Origin: an uncultured Muriicola sp.
Lineage (GTDB): Bacteria; Bacteroidota; Bacteroidia; Flavobacteriales; Flavobacteriaceae
Assembly (NCBI GenBank): GCA_965364605.1
Contig: CBDTYM010000003.1
Location: 58-64,057, forward strand
Direction: 5' to 3'
DNA: 64,000 nt
The notes under the pieces were generated by a model, which had not been told where the DNA came from, ran no database searches, and saw only the letters and a program-made list of their open reading frames with translations. A program made the position numbers and the translations under genes. Position 1 is the stretch's first letter. Every line of letters starts with the position of its first letter. Shown in pieces: positions 9,533 through 18,497 of the stretch.

Positions 9533-10120
9533 TTGAATTCATTTAATAAGCTCGTAAACAACATTGAACGATACGTCGTTCTTTCAAACCTCGAGAAGGA
9601 GAGGCTTTTGTCCATTGTCTCCGAGGACAAAATCAGGAAGCGGCAGTTCATTGACCAACCGGGGTATATATGTGGGTATCGCAATTATGTTGTAGAGGGG
9701 GCATTCAGGTCTTTTTTTATGGACAATGAAGGTAAGGAACACACGGTGCAGATCGCTATCGAAGACTGGTTTGTCAGCGACTTTTACAGTTATATAACCC
9801 AAACACCCGCTACACTCTATGTGGAGGCACTTGAGGATTCCAAGATCTTACGGATGAAATACGCGGATATTGAAGGGCTGTGCAAAGAGATGCATTCCCT
9901 TAGCGAATATTTCAGGGTCTCTACAGAGCGCGCCTTCGCTTTTTCGAGAAAACGCGCGCTTAGCAATCTGAGTCTATCAGCAGAGGAAAGATACCTCGCC
10001 ATGGTAGAGCGATATCCGGATATCGTACATCGGGTACCTCAAAAGATCATCGCCTCCTACCTGGGAATGACACCGGAATTCATGTCCAAGATCAGAAAGG
10101 GACTCAGCTCTAAATCTTGA
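9533..10120 (+). CDS. Crp/Fnr-family transcriptional regulator (cNMP-binding domain + HTH)
   Basis: Typical Bacteroidota Crp-like layout with a C-terminal HTH (IASYLGMTPEFMSKIRK). TTG start at 9533. Confidence 0.8.
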   Translation: MNSFNKLVNNIERYVVLSNLEKERLLSIVSEDKIRKRQFIDQPGYICGYRNYVVEGAFRSFFMDNEGKEHTVQIAIEDWFVSDFYSYITQTPATLYVEALEDSKILRMKYADIEGLCKEMHSLSEYFRVSTERAFAFSRKRALSNLSLSAEERYLAMVERYPDIVHRVPQKIIASYLGMTPEFMSKIRKGLSSKS

Positions 10121-10159
10121 ACTACTTCAAGAGTATTTCATAATCCAGTTCATTTGAAC

Positions 10160-10175
10160 GGCAGATAGATCTGCC
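10160..10175. promoter_or_regulatory. 7-2-7 inverted repeat GGCAGAT-AG-ATCTGCC between crp-like and doxX-like genes (operator or weak terminator)
   Basis: Perfect dyad read directly from the sequence, followed by CAATTTTG. It lies 40 nt after the crp-like stop and 47 nt before the doxX-like ATG. Confidence 0.3.
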
Positions 10176-10221
10176 CAATTTTGTGGGGTACTTATTATTC
10201 ACCTTACAAATACATTTGATT

Positions 10222-10605
10222 ATGAAAGATTCTCTTTTTAAAACGGCAACCTGGATCCTTGCCGTGTCCATGGTGGTTTTCGGATCGAACAAATTCTTAG
10301 GATTTATTCCCGTGGAACCACCTGCCGACCCCGATGCCCAGGCTTTTTTGGGTACCATGTTCTCATCGTACCTCTACGTTGTCGTCGGGATGGCGGAAAT
10401 ATTGGGAGGGATACTTCTGGTTATTCCCAGGACACGTCTGCTCGGATGGTTCTTGCTGCTTCCAGTGATCTTTAACATTGCTCTTTTTCACCTTGCTCAT
10501 GATTTCATAGGGAATGGCATATGGCTCTTGCCCCTTGCATTGTTCGTGATCACGGGATATTATTTCAAAAAACAGGTAGGACAAATTTTAAATACTGCAT
10601 CATGA
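10222..10605 (+). CDS. DoxX-like small membrane protein
   Basis: Four hydrophobic helices across about 127 aa. The stop overlaps the next gene's start (ATGA at 10602-10605). Confidence 0.65.
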   Translation: MKDSLFKTATWILAVSMVVFGSNKFLGFIPVEPPADPDAQAFLGTMFSSYLYVVVGMAEILGGILLVIPRTRLLGWFLLLPVIFNIALFHLAHDFIGNGIWLLPLALFVITGYYFKKQVGQILNTAS

Positions 10606-11432
10606 AAAGAAGATGGTTGATTACTGGTGTATCCAGCGGATTGGGAAAAGCGCTCGCGGAGAGCGTGATTGAACAAGATGATTTTGTCATCGGTACCTTT
10701 AGGGACCCCGTTCAGGTCACGGAATTTGAAAATACGTATCAGGGCCGGGCCAGGGGGATTCTTATGGACCTAAGCAAGGAAAAAGAAATTGAAACGCAGG
10801 TGGCAGCCGTAATGCAGGAATTCGGAAGTATTGATGTTCTTGTGAACAATGCCGGAGTAGGCTTTGTGGGAGCCGTTGAAGAAACATCTTTGGAAGAAGT
10901 GAGGGGAGTTTTCGAGATAAACTTTTTCGGAACCCTCAAACTCACTCAGGCGGTTCTGCCATATCTGCGCAAAGAGAGGAAAGGTCACATTGTTCAAATC
11001 TCATCCCACGGGGGTATCAAGGCTTTTGCCGGGTTTGGAATTTACAATGCCAGCAAGTTCGCCCTGGAGGGATTCAGCGAGGCCCTGGCTCAGGAGGTTG
11101 GCCCCCTGGGTATTCAAGTCACCCTGGTTGAACCTGGCCCTTTCCGAACCTCCTTTGCCGGAAAGGGATTAGGGATGGCGGAAAGGGTACTGGAAGATTA
11201 CTCTGAGACGGCCGGCGCTTTCCGCTCTAAACTAAAGGCGGTGGACGGGAAACAGGAGGGGGACCCCTACAAGGCAGCAAAAGCTATTATCGGGGTTGTT
11301 CGGAACGGACAACCCCGACTTCGACTGCCCCTGGGCAAGGTTGCCCTGATGACCATAGGAATGAAGTTAGAGAGCGTAAAGGCCGATCTGGAAGCCCATC
11401 GGAAGACAGCCGCGGCATCGGTTTATGATTGA
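10602..11432 (+). CDS. Short-chain dehydrogenase/reductase (SDR)
   Basis: TGVSSGLGKA cofactor loop, NNAG, and the catalytic YNASK motif. Confidence 0.9.
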   Translation: MKRRWLITGVSSGLGKALAESVIEQDDFVIGTFRDPVQVTEFENTYQGRARGILMDLSKEKEIETQVAAVMQEFGSIDVLVNNAGVGFVGAVEETSLEEVRGVFEINFFGTLKLTQAVLPYLRKERKGHIVQISSHGGIKAFAGFGIYNASKFALEGFSEALAQEVGPLGIQVTLVEPGPFRTSFAGKGLGMAERVLEDYSETAGAFRSKLKAVDGKQEGDPYKAAKAIIGVVRNGQPRLRLPLGKVALMTIGMKLESVKADLEAHRKTAAASVYD

Positions 11433-11551
11433 TGGATGTGAGATTCCGTCAAATACAAACCGCATTCATCAAACAGGGTTATGTAGGAATAATATTGAAC
11501 ATCATTGGCTATAATCACTAACTTGGTCCCGTCTAATTGTCATTAGAAGCT

Positions 11552-12508
11552 ATGATCACAAGGGATATAAAAAAAGCCCGCGTTGAACTGGAATCAGGCG
11601 GGATCATTGCCCTGCCGACGGAAACGGTATACGGTCTTGCTGGAAACGCCCTGAATAAGCAGGCGGTCGAGAAGATCTTCTCGACCAAGAAGCGGCCCAG
11701 GTACAATCCCCTGATAGTACATATCAAAACGGCAGCTTCTTTGCCTGAGGTCGCCCGGGAAATCCCGGAAAAAGCCAGACAACTGGCCGATGTTTTCTGG
11801 CCCGGTCCGCTGACCCTCGTTTTGAAAAAGCACGCTCGGATCCCGGATGCTGTCACTTCCGGCAAGGACACGGTGGCCGTGCGTGTGCCGGACCACCCCC
11901 TGACATTAGAACTACTGGGTAAACTCGATTTTCCACTGGCTGCCCCCAGCGCCAATCCCTTTGGATCTATCAGTCCGACTACCGCTGCCCATGTGGAGCG
12001 GTATTTCGGAGAGCAACTCAAGGTGATCCTCGATGGGGGAGATTGCCGCAAGGGGATCGAGTCGACCATCGTTGGTTTTGAGAACGGAAAACCGATTGTT
12101 TACAGGTTGGGCTCCCTTTCCATTGAAGCGATACAGGAAGCAGTGGGGAATGTGAGCATACAATCCAAAAATGAAGACCAAGCTCCTCAAGCCCCTGGCA
12201 TGCTTTTAAGACATTATGCCCCTACTACGGAGACCTTGCTTACCGAGGATGTCAACAGGGAGGTCCGGGAACAGAGTGGAAAAAAGATAGGATTGCTTCT
12301 TTTCAGAGATAGGAACAAATTGGAGGTAGCCCATCAGGAGGTGCTTTCCCCATCAGGGGATCTGGATGAGGCGGCAAAGAATCTATACGCGGCCATGCAC
12401 CGGCTGGACGGACTCGGACTGGATCTTATCATTGCCGAACGTCTGCCCGACAAAAACCTGGGGAAGACCATTAATGATAAATTAGAACGGGCCACACACA
12501 AGGATTAG
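11552..12508 (+). CDS. tsaC: L-threonylcarbamoyladenylate synthase (Sua5/YwlC/TsaC type with Sua5 C-terminal domain)
   Basis: YrdC-domain motifs GGIIALPTETVYGLAGNA, KKRPRYNPLIVH and SANPFGSISPTTA, plus a C-terminal extension of about 120 aa. Confidence 0.9.
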   Translation: MITRDIKKARVELESGGIIALPTETVYGLAGNALNKQAVEKIFSTKKRPRYNPLIVHIKTAASLPEVAREIPEKARQLADVFWPGPLTLVLKKHARIPDAVTSGKDTVAVRVPDHPLTLELLGKLDFPLAAPSANPFGSISPTTAAHVERYFGEQLKVILDGGDCRKGIESTIVGFENGKPIVYRLGSLSIEAIQEAVGNVSIQSKNEDQAPQAPGMLLRHYAPTTETLLTEDVNREVREQSGKKIGLLLFRDRNKLEVAHQEVLSPSGDLDEAAKNLYAAMHRLDGLGLDLIIAERLPDKNLGKTINDKLERATHKD

Positions 12509-12533
12509 GAGGTCGTAGCCAATAAAGATCACG

Positions 12534-13475
12534 ATGAGGTATAATCAATTGATCAAAGGAATTCCTAAGGTTTCTGAATTAGGTATGGGTACCTGGCAAT
12601 TAGGAGCCTCGTCCGATTGGAAGAGCATCAGTGAGAAGAAATCTGTCGATCTAGTGCACCAGGCCCTGGATATGGGAATCAATTTTTTTGACACAGCCCC
12701 TAATTACGGACATGGCACCAGTGAGATAAGGCTTGGCAGGGCACTGAGAGGAAAGGAACGAAGCAAGGTGGTTATAAATACAAAATTCGGACATACATCC
12801 AAGGGGAAGATCAACCACGATGCGGAAAATATTCGCGAGTCCCTGGAAGGTAGTTTGAGAAGGCTTGGAACGGATTATGTGGACTCTTTCATCTTTCACA
12901 GCCCGCCTTTTGAATATCTCAATGGCAACAAAAATGATCATTACGAGATTCTGGAGAAACTGAAGGAAGAAGGCATGATCCGGGCCTATGGGGCCTCTGT
13001 GGATTCGGCCAGGGAGATGATATTGCTGATGGAAACCACAGGATCTGAGGTCATAGAAGCTTTTTTCAATATCCTGCATCAAAATGTGGCGGAAGCGTTT
13101 GATTTGGTCAGAGAAAAGCAAGTAGGTTTAATCGCAAAGATCCCTATGGATTCTGGGTGGTTATCTGGAAAATACAATGAAAACAGCAGGTTCGAGGGAA
13201 TCCGATCCCGATGGACCAAAGATGATATTCGGACCAGGGCAAAGCTGGTGGATAGATTGAAGACCATACTGGGGGATAGATTGGATCTGGTTTCTGCAGC
13301 CCTTTCGTTCTGCCTTGCCTATGATACTATTTCAACAGTCATCCCTGGGATTACCGATGGAGATCACCTGAAAAAAAATCTTAAAAGCTTGTCTAACCCC
13401 ATGCCTGAGGACCTCCTAAAGGATCTCGAGGCATTTTACCAGGAAGAAGTAAAGGACTTGCAAATACCATGGTAG
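12534..13475 (+). CDS. Aldo/keto reductase
   Basis: LGMGTWQLG, INFFDTAPNYGHGTSE and YVDSFIFHSP are typical AKR blocks. Confidence 0.9.
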   Translation: MRYNQLIKGIPKVSELGMGTWQLGASSDWKSISEKKSVDLVHQALDMGINFFDTAPNYGHGTSEIRLGRALRGKERSKVVINTKFGHTSKGKINHDAENIRESLEGSLRRLGTDYVDSFIFHSPPFEYLNGNKNDHYEILEKLKEEGMIRAYGASVDSAREMILLMETTGSEVIEAFFNILHQNVAEAFDLVREKQVGLIAKIPMDSGWLSGKYNENSRFEGIRSRWTKDDIRTRAKLVDRLKTILGDRLDLVSAALSFCLAYDTISTVIPGITDGDHLKKNLKSLSNPMPEDLLKDLEAFYQEEVKDLQIPW

Positions 13476-13489
13476 GGCTTTGTTTAGAT

Positions 13490-13510
13490 AGCTTCGGAGG
13501 CTTTTTGTTT
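13490..13510 (+). terminator. Weak terminator-like hairpin plus T-run after the AKR gene
   Basis: AGCTT-CGG-AGGCT forms a 5-bp stem with one G.U pair and is followed by TTTTTGTTT. Confidence 0.3.
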
Positions 13511-13658
13511 AATACGGATTTCCTGTCCAGAGATCAGCCATAGAAATTTATAAATGACAAGTTAGATAGCACCTTCAAGGATAAGCTTCGGAGCTTGTAT
13601 AATGAAAGTAGAATAGCTAAGTTGGGTAAGAGAACTATAAAACCGTTCTTATAATTAT

Positions 13659-14153
13659 ATGGGAAATAAAGAATACTCTCTGCCGCCAAATACAAGGATC
13701 GGACACGTCCACCTGAAAGTGTCTGACCTGCAAAGTTCCCTCGACTTCTATTGCGGCCTCCTTGGCTTTGAAGTTACAACGACCTATGGGGAAGATGCCG
13801 CCTTTATTTCTGCGGGTGGGTATCACCATCATATCGGACTCAATACCTGGTTCAGTAAAGGGGCCGGGCCGTCTCCAAAGAATGCGGCAGGTTTGTTTCA
13901 CACGGCCATCCTGTACCCGACCCGAAAAGACCTCGCATCCATCTTGCAAAGACTTAGGGAAGCTGATTATCCCCTCACCGGCGCTTCAGATCACGGCGTC
14001 TCGGAGGCATTGTATCTGGACGATCCAGACGGTAATGGCGTAGAACTATATTGGGACAGGCCCGAGGAGGAATGGCCAAAAAGACAGGACGGTTCCCTGG
14101 ATATGTATACCAAACCACTTGATATCGGCAACCTCCTGAGAGAAATCGACTGA
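13659..14153 (+). CDS. VOC-family protein (glyoxalase/extradiol dioxygenase fold)
   Basis: IGHVHLKVSDLQSSLDFYCGLLGFEV, HHHIGLNTW, LYLDDPDGNGVELY. Confidence 0.85.
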   Translation: MGNKEYSLPPNTRIGHVHLKVSDLQSSLDFYCGLLGFEVTTTYGEDAAFISAGGYHHHIGLNTWFSKGAGPSPKNAAGLFHTAILYPTRKDLASILQRLREADYPLTGASDHGVSEALYLDDPDGNGVELYWDRPEEEWPKRQDGSLDMYTKPLDIGNLLREID

Positions 14154-14226
14154 ATACTTTCCACAGCTGATCTAAAAGAGTTCTCATTCAGGGTGACGTC
14201 GGGAAAATTAGTATCTTCATAAGACT

Positions 14227-14868
14227 ATGAGGGTAGGCAAACTCATTTTTTTGGGATTAATTATTTGTGGTTGTTCCATCCTCTCTTGTCAGCGTTCCTC
14301 TGGCCAATACACGCCCAGGTTGGTCGGTGGGCCCTGTGAAGGTTGCGAGGCAGTCTTCGAATACGGAGACAGAAAACTGACAGCTACAGATACGCTTCCT
14401 GACTTCCATTCAGGAGGGCAGCAGATCAAAGTGACGGGAACTATCTATGAGGCCGACGGGAAGACCCCGGCCCCCAATGTGATCCTGTATGTCTACCATA
14501 CAGACCAAAATGGCGTGTACACTCCCCGAAAAAATGAAAAGGGATGGGGGAGGAGACATGGATATAACCGGGGATGGGTAAGAACAAACGGGGAAGGGGA
14601 ATACGCCTTTTATACGATCAAACCTGGTGTCTATCCAGACAGGACTGAGCCTGCACATATACACCCTACCATTCTTGAGCCTGATGGAAAGTATTACTGG
14701 CTGGGGAGCTATCACTTTGAAGGCGATTCCCTGCTCACAATAAAGGAGACTCGTCCTCACAGACCCAGGGGAGGAAGTGATGGTATCCTAAAGCTGCACA
14801 GGGAAGGCGGTCTCTGGGTAGGGGAACGCGATTTTATCCTGGGCAGAAATATCCCTGATTATGAATAA
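14227..14868 (+). CDS. Intradiol ring-cleavage dioxygenase-like lipoprotein
   Basis: Lipoprotein signal FLGLIICGCS. Dioxygenase-like core: VILYVYHTDQNGVY, GEYAFYTIKPGVYPDRTEPAHIHPTI. Confidence 0.7.
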   Translation: MRVGKLIFLGLIICGCSILSCQRSSGQYTPRLVGGPCEGCEAVFEYGDRKLTATDTLPDFHSGGQQIKVTGTIYEADGKTPAPNVILYVYHTDQNGVYTPRKNEKGWGRRHGYNRGWVRTNGEGEYAFYTIKPGVYPDRTEPAHIHPTILEPDGKYYWLGSYHFEGDSLLTIKETRPHRPRGGSDGILKLHREGGLWVGERDFILGRNIPDYE

Positions 14869-15033
14869 CTCTAATTTAAACCTCCCTTAAAAAGCTTTGA
14901 ATTCCCTGATTGTCTGCATGTATCTTTATCTGTAGTAGAATAATAGCCGGGGGAACAGATGATTTGTAATGAGTACCACGGCATGTACGGGAAAGCTGAA
15001 GCCCGATCCAAGTAGGCACTATATAACCAAAAA

Positions 15034-15561
15034 ATGAAAAACCTTGTCAAAATCGATAGGAAACATTTGGTGTTTACTTTATGTGTTCTTACCGCACTTG
15101 TCTTCCAGAGTTGCGAATCCGAAAAAAAGGCAGAAGCTGTAGAAACGATCAAAGAAGTGGTCATTACGGCAGACGAACCTGAATATTTCCTCCTCCGGCC
15201 TGCTGTGGAACAGGCCTATGGCTATTCCCATGCCGTAAAGATTGGCAACAGCATCAAGGTCTCCGGTGCAGTGAGCATGGACGAGGAAGGCAACCCCACT
15301 GCGGTGGGCGATTTTGCCCAGCAGATGAAGAATTGCTATTCAGACCTGGGAAAGATCCTGGAGCATTACGGATGTACATTTGATGATGTGGTCGTGGAGA
15401 ATATCTTCACGACCCATATGCCTCTGCTTCTTGAGAATGGGGCGTACCGGGCCGAGATCTACAAGGAAAACTTTCCCACGGGCTCCTGGCTGGGAGTTAA
15501 GGAATTAGCCCTTCCCGAGTTCATGATCGAGATCGAACTGGAAGTCCATAAATCGGAGTAG
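15034..15561 (+). CDS. RidA/YjgF/L-PSP-family protein with N-terminal lipoprotein-type signal
   Basis: Signal and lipobox LVFTLCVLTALVFQSC. The RidA-like core runs YSHAVKIGNSIKVSGAV ... IEIELEV. Confidence 0.75.
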   Translation: MKNLVKIDRKHLVFTLCVLTALVFQSCESEKKAEAVETIKEVVITADEPEYFLLRPAVEQAYGYSHAVKIGNSIKVSGAVSMDEEGNPTAVGDFAQQMKNCYSDLGKILEHYGCTFDDVVVENIFTTHMPLLLENGAYRAEIYKENFPTGSWLGVKELALPEFMIEIELEVHKSE

Positions 15562-15617
15562 GTTCCAACGAAAAAAAGTGGACCGCCTGTAAGGGTTCAC
15601 CGTGATTATTTAATGAT

Positions 15618-16310
15618 ATGTTATTTATCGGACAATGCCTCAGGGCCTATCGGTCATATGCCAGGTCTGGTCTATTGCGCAGCAGTATAGCTCCGATGAT
15701 GTTGTGTTTCTTGTTCTGTGTCGGCACAGCAGGTCAGGAGAATAGTCTGCATGCTTCCCTCGGAGATCATGTGGATGCCAGGATCCTCTTTGTGGGTAAT
15801 AGCCTGACCTATACCAATAACCTACCTGAATTGGTTAGAAATACAGCTGCCCAAAAAGGAATTATTCTCGAGGTAGAAATGATCGCCTATCCCAACTACG
15901 CCATTGAAGACCATTGGGATGAAGGTAAAGTACAGACCCTGATAAAAACGGGGAAATACCATTTTGTCATCATTCAACAAGGCCCCTCTTCACAGGCGGA
16001 TGGGAGAAAAATGCTAATTGAATACGGCAGGAAATACCGAGAATTATGCGGAAATAATGCAATAAAACTCTGTTTTTTTATGGTATGGCCGTCTTTGGAT
16101 CATTATCGCACCTTCGAGGGGGTCATAGACAATTACAGGGAGGCAGCGGAGGTTAACGAGGCCATATTACTTCCTGTAGGTGAGGTCTGGAAGGCTTATC
16201 TGGAAGATTCCGGGGACCTGGATCTGTATGGCCCCGATGGGTTTCATCCATCCCTGAAAGGAAGTAAAATGGCAGCTGAGGTCATAGTGGATCGATTATT
16301 CGCGAATTAA
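15618..16310 (+). CDS. SGNH/GDSL-type hydrolase
   Basis: Block I ILFVGNSLTY and block V GPDGFHPS (DxxH). The start is uncertain because internal Met-Met codons occur near residue 27. Confidence 0.7.
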   Translation: MLFIGQCLRAYRSYARSGLLRSSIAPMMLCFLFCVGTAGQENSLHASLGDHVDARILFVGNSLTYTNNLPELVRNTAAQKGIILEVEMIAYPNYAIEDHWDEGKVQTLIKTGKYHFVIIQQGPSSQADGRKMLIEYGRKYRELCGNNAIKLCFFMVWPSLDHYRTFEGVIDNYREAAEVNEAILLPVGEVWKAYLEDSGDLDLYGPDGFHPSLKGSKMAAEVIVDRLFAN

Positions 16311-16412
16311 GGCAGCTGGCAATCTTTCGTTCTTGCTTCGAACTATCGATAAGAGTGGCCCTCCCATTTGGGATAAAGACTCTGAACATTCGTCCAATCA
16401 TTTTGGTCTTAG

Positions 16413-16420
16413 TACCTTTG
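16413..16420 (+). promoter_or_regulatory. Bacteroidota -7 box candidate (TACCTTTG = TAnnTTTG)
   Basis: Exact TAnnTTTG match 33 nt upstream of the slyD-like ATG. Confidence 0.3.
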
Positions 16421-16453
16421 CCGTTTTAGAAAGTAAATCATACAAAAGTAAAC

Positions 16454-16882
16454 ATGGGAAAAGTAAAAGCTAATGATACCATCAGGGTACATTACACAGG
16501 AAAATTGAATGACGGACAGGTATTTGACAGTTCTCTCGAGAGGGAACCTCTTGAGGTAACCCTAGGTCAGGGTGCCCTGATACCAGGTTTTGAGAAGGGG
16601 CTGATCGATATGGAGGTGGATCAGGAAAAGACTATCACCATTCCCAAAGAGGAGGCCTACGGAGATGTCCGTAAAGAGCTCTTTCAGAAGATACAGAAAA
16701 ATGAATTGCCAGAGCAGATCAAACCGGAGATCGGTATGGGACTGGTGGCTACCCGCCCCGATGGTTCTGAACAACAACTTCGGGTTTCCGAAGTGGCGGA
16801 AGAACACATTGTCGTAGATGCCAACCATCCTCTTGCAGGACAGGACCTGACCTTTGATCTGAAACTCGTCGAAATCAAATAA
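16454..16882 (+). CDS. slyD: FKBP-type peptidyl-prolyl cis-trans isomerase, SlyD-like (with insert-in-flap region)
   Basis: VHYTGKLNDGQVFDSS, LIPGFEKGL, HPLAGQDLTFDLKLVEI. Confidence 0.9.
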   Translation: MGKVKANDTIRVHYTGKLNDGQVFDSSLEREPLEVTLGQGALIPGFEKGLIDMEVDQEKTITIPKEEAYGDVRKELFQKIQKNELPEQIKPEIGMGLVATRPDGSEQQLRVSEVAEEHIVVDANHPLAGQDLTFDLKLVEIK

Positions 16883-16907
16883 GTATAAATACATTGAGTA
16901 TACAAAA

Positions 16908-16942
16908 AGCCAGATATCCGGTTGGATGTCTGGCTTTTTTTT
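16908..16942. terminator. Bidirectional Rho-independent terminator between convergent genes
   Basis: AAAAA precedes stem AGCCAGA (16908-16914), which pairs with TCTGGCT (16929-16935) and is followed by a T8 run. Confidence 0.6.
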
Positions 16943-16982
16943 ATGGGTTTAATAAAGATTCAGTTAAGACGCTATCTCTGTC

Positions 16983-17828
16983 CTAAGCTGAGGAGTCTGC
17001 AAATTCTTCCCGCTGCACGGGCAGGGGCTTTTTGGCTTTTGCCTTTTGAACCTGTTTGCGCTCCCATTCGGTCGGACTACCAAAAAGGATGGTCCATGCT
17101 TTAAGAGGGCGTTTCCAGATGTCCTGGAGGAGATCACCCCAGGCGTGGAATACCAGGTAGACAGGGTTGTAAGAATCTACAGGCTTTGTGATCCCGTACA
17201 CGGCCTGCTCCTTTTCTTCCTGAAAGGTACCGAACATGCGGTCCCATATGATCAGGGTGGAGCCAAAATTCTTATCGATATAATCTTCATTGGTGGCGTG
17301 GTGCACCCTGTGGTGGGAAGGGGTCACGAAAATATATTCTATAGGGGCAGGTAATTTGCGGATCAGCTCGGTATGTATCCAGAATTGATACAGGATCTCG
17401 GTCTGATGCACAATGATGAAGACAATGGGGTCAAAACTGAGCATAAAGACCGGGATAAAAAAGACAAGCTTCAGGTTCTGTACCCAGGAAAGCCTGAAGG
17501 AGGTGGAAAAATTGTAGTATTTGGAACTGTGGTGAACCACGTGGGTAGACCACCAGAAACGCTGCATATGGGAGATGCGGTGCGACCAGTACCTGACGAA
17601 ATCCAGGGCGAAAAAGCAGGCGATATAAGACCACCAGGTGTGTGGTATCGTCCAGGGGGTGAGGTTGTAGCAGATGACCACAAAGTAGAAAATCCCCACT
17701 TTGGTAAGGGCATTGACGAACAGATTACCAAAGCCAATGGCTGATGAGGCGAGAAAATCCTTCCCGTGATACAATTCTTTCTGCCCTTTGTAGGACAAGT
17801 AATATTCCAGGGCCACCAGTGAGAACAT
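16983..17828 (-). CDS. Fatty acid hydroxylase/sterol desaturase-family membrane protein
   Basis: Histidine boxes HRISH, HVVHH and HHRVHH, with multiple TM helices. Confidence 0.85.
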   Translation of the reverse strand: MFSLVALEYYLSYKGQKELYHGKDFLASSAIGFGNLFVNALTKVGIFYFVVICYNLTPWTIPHTWWSYIACFFALDFVRYWSHRISHMQRFWWSTHVVHHSSKYYNFSTSFRLSWVQNLKLVFFIPVFMLSFDPIVFIIVHQTEILYQFWIHTELIRKLPAPIEYIFVTPSHHRVHHATNEDYIDKNFGSTLIIWDRMFGTFQEEKEQAVYGITKPVDSYNPVYLVFHAWGDLLQDIWKRPLKAWTILFGSPTEWERKQVQKAKAKKPLPVQREEFADSSA

Positions 17829-18102
17829 GATGGGGGCGGCGATCCAGATAATGGTATTGAAATTCAGTTGAAGGAGTCCTTCTAGGGTAAGCGCGGCTTT
17901 TTCGATAGTTAACTTGGGTTTCTTGCAAAACTATCATTAAAATTTCGAATAGCCTGATCTGGAGGCAGAAAATCCCGTATACACAGGCCTCTGCATGCGG
18001 AATAGTTCCGTATCTGTGATATGAAGGTGGACCAGGAGAAGGCATCGCAGGTACATATCCTCAGAATTTAATACCTTAATGCTTAGACCAAAAAAAATCC
18101 AC

Positions 18103-18468
18103 ATGAAAGACACATCCCACCATGATGAACGAATTGCGAAAATGTCTTTTGCCTCGGTTTATCCGCATTACGTGGCCAAGGTGGAGAAAAAGGGGAGGAC
18201 AGAGGAAGAATTACATGTAGTGATCAAATGGCTTACCGGCTTTGACAAATCAAAACTAGCAGGATTGATTGAGGACAAAGCGACATTCCGACAATTCTTT
18301 GAACAGGCCACCCTGAATCCAAATGCCAAGGAAATCAAAGGCGTAATCTGCGGATATCGGGTGGAGGAGATCCAAAATCCGCTCACGCAGCAAGTACGGT
18401 ATCTGGATAAGTTGGTGGACGAGCTGGCCAAGGGTAAGGCTCTGGAGAAAATCATGCGTCAGCCTTAA
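18103..18468 (+). CDS. DUF2200-family protein
   Basis: FASVYPHYVAKVEKKGRTEEELHVVIKWLTGF ... VRYLDKLVDELAKGK matches my recollection of DUF2200. Confidence 0.75.
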   Translation: MKDTSHHDERIAKMSFASVYPHYVAKVEKKGRTEEELHVVIKWLTGFDKSKLAGLIEDKATFRQFFEQATLNPNAKEIKGVICGYRVEEIQNPLTQQVRYLDKLVDELAKGKALEKIMRQP

Positions 18469-18497
18469 GGATATGAATGACTTTCTCTGTCGTATGC

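Noticed and set aside
10211-10218. TACATTTG (TAnnTTTG) motif before the doxX-like gene
   Set aside because: It ends only 3 nt before the ATG. A -7 box there would place the transcription start inside the start codon. The same problem applies to TACTTTTG at 25342-25349, 5 nt before the TauE-like ATG.
11533-12069. 178-aa ORF on the - strand (also 12651-13121, 43620-44057, 47647-48081 and 57669-58157)
   Set aside because: All lie inside strongly supported genes (tsaC, AKR, dsbD, comM, MFS), either antisense or in an alternative frame, and none has a motif.
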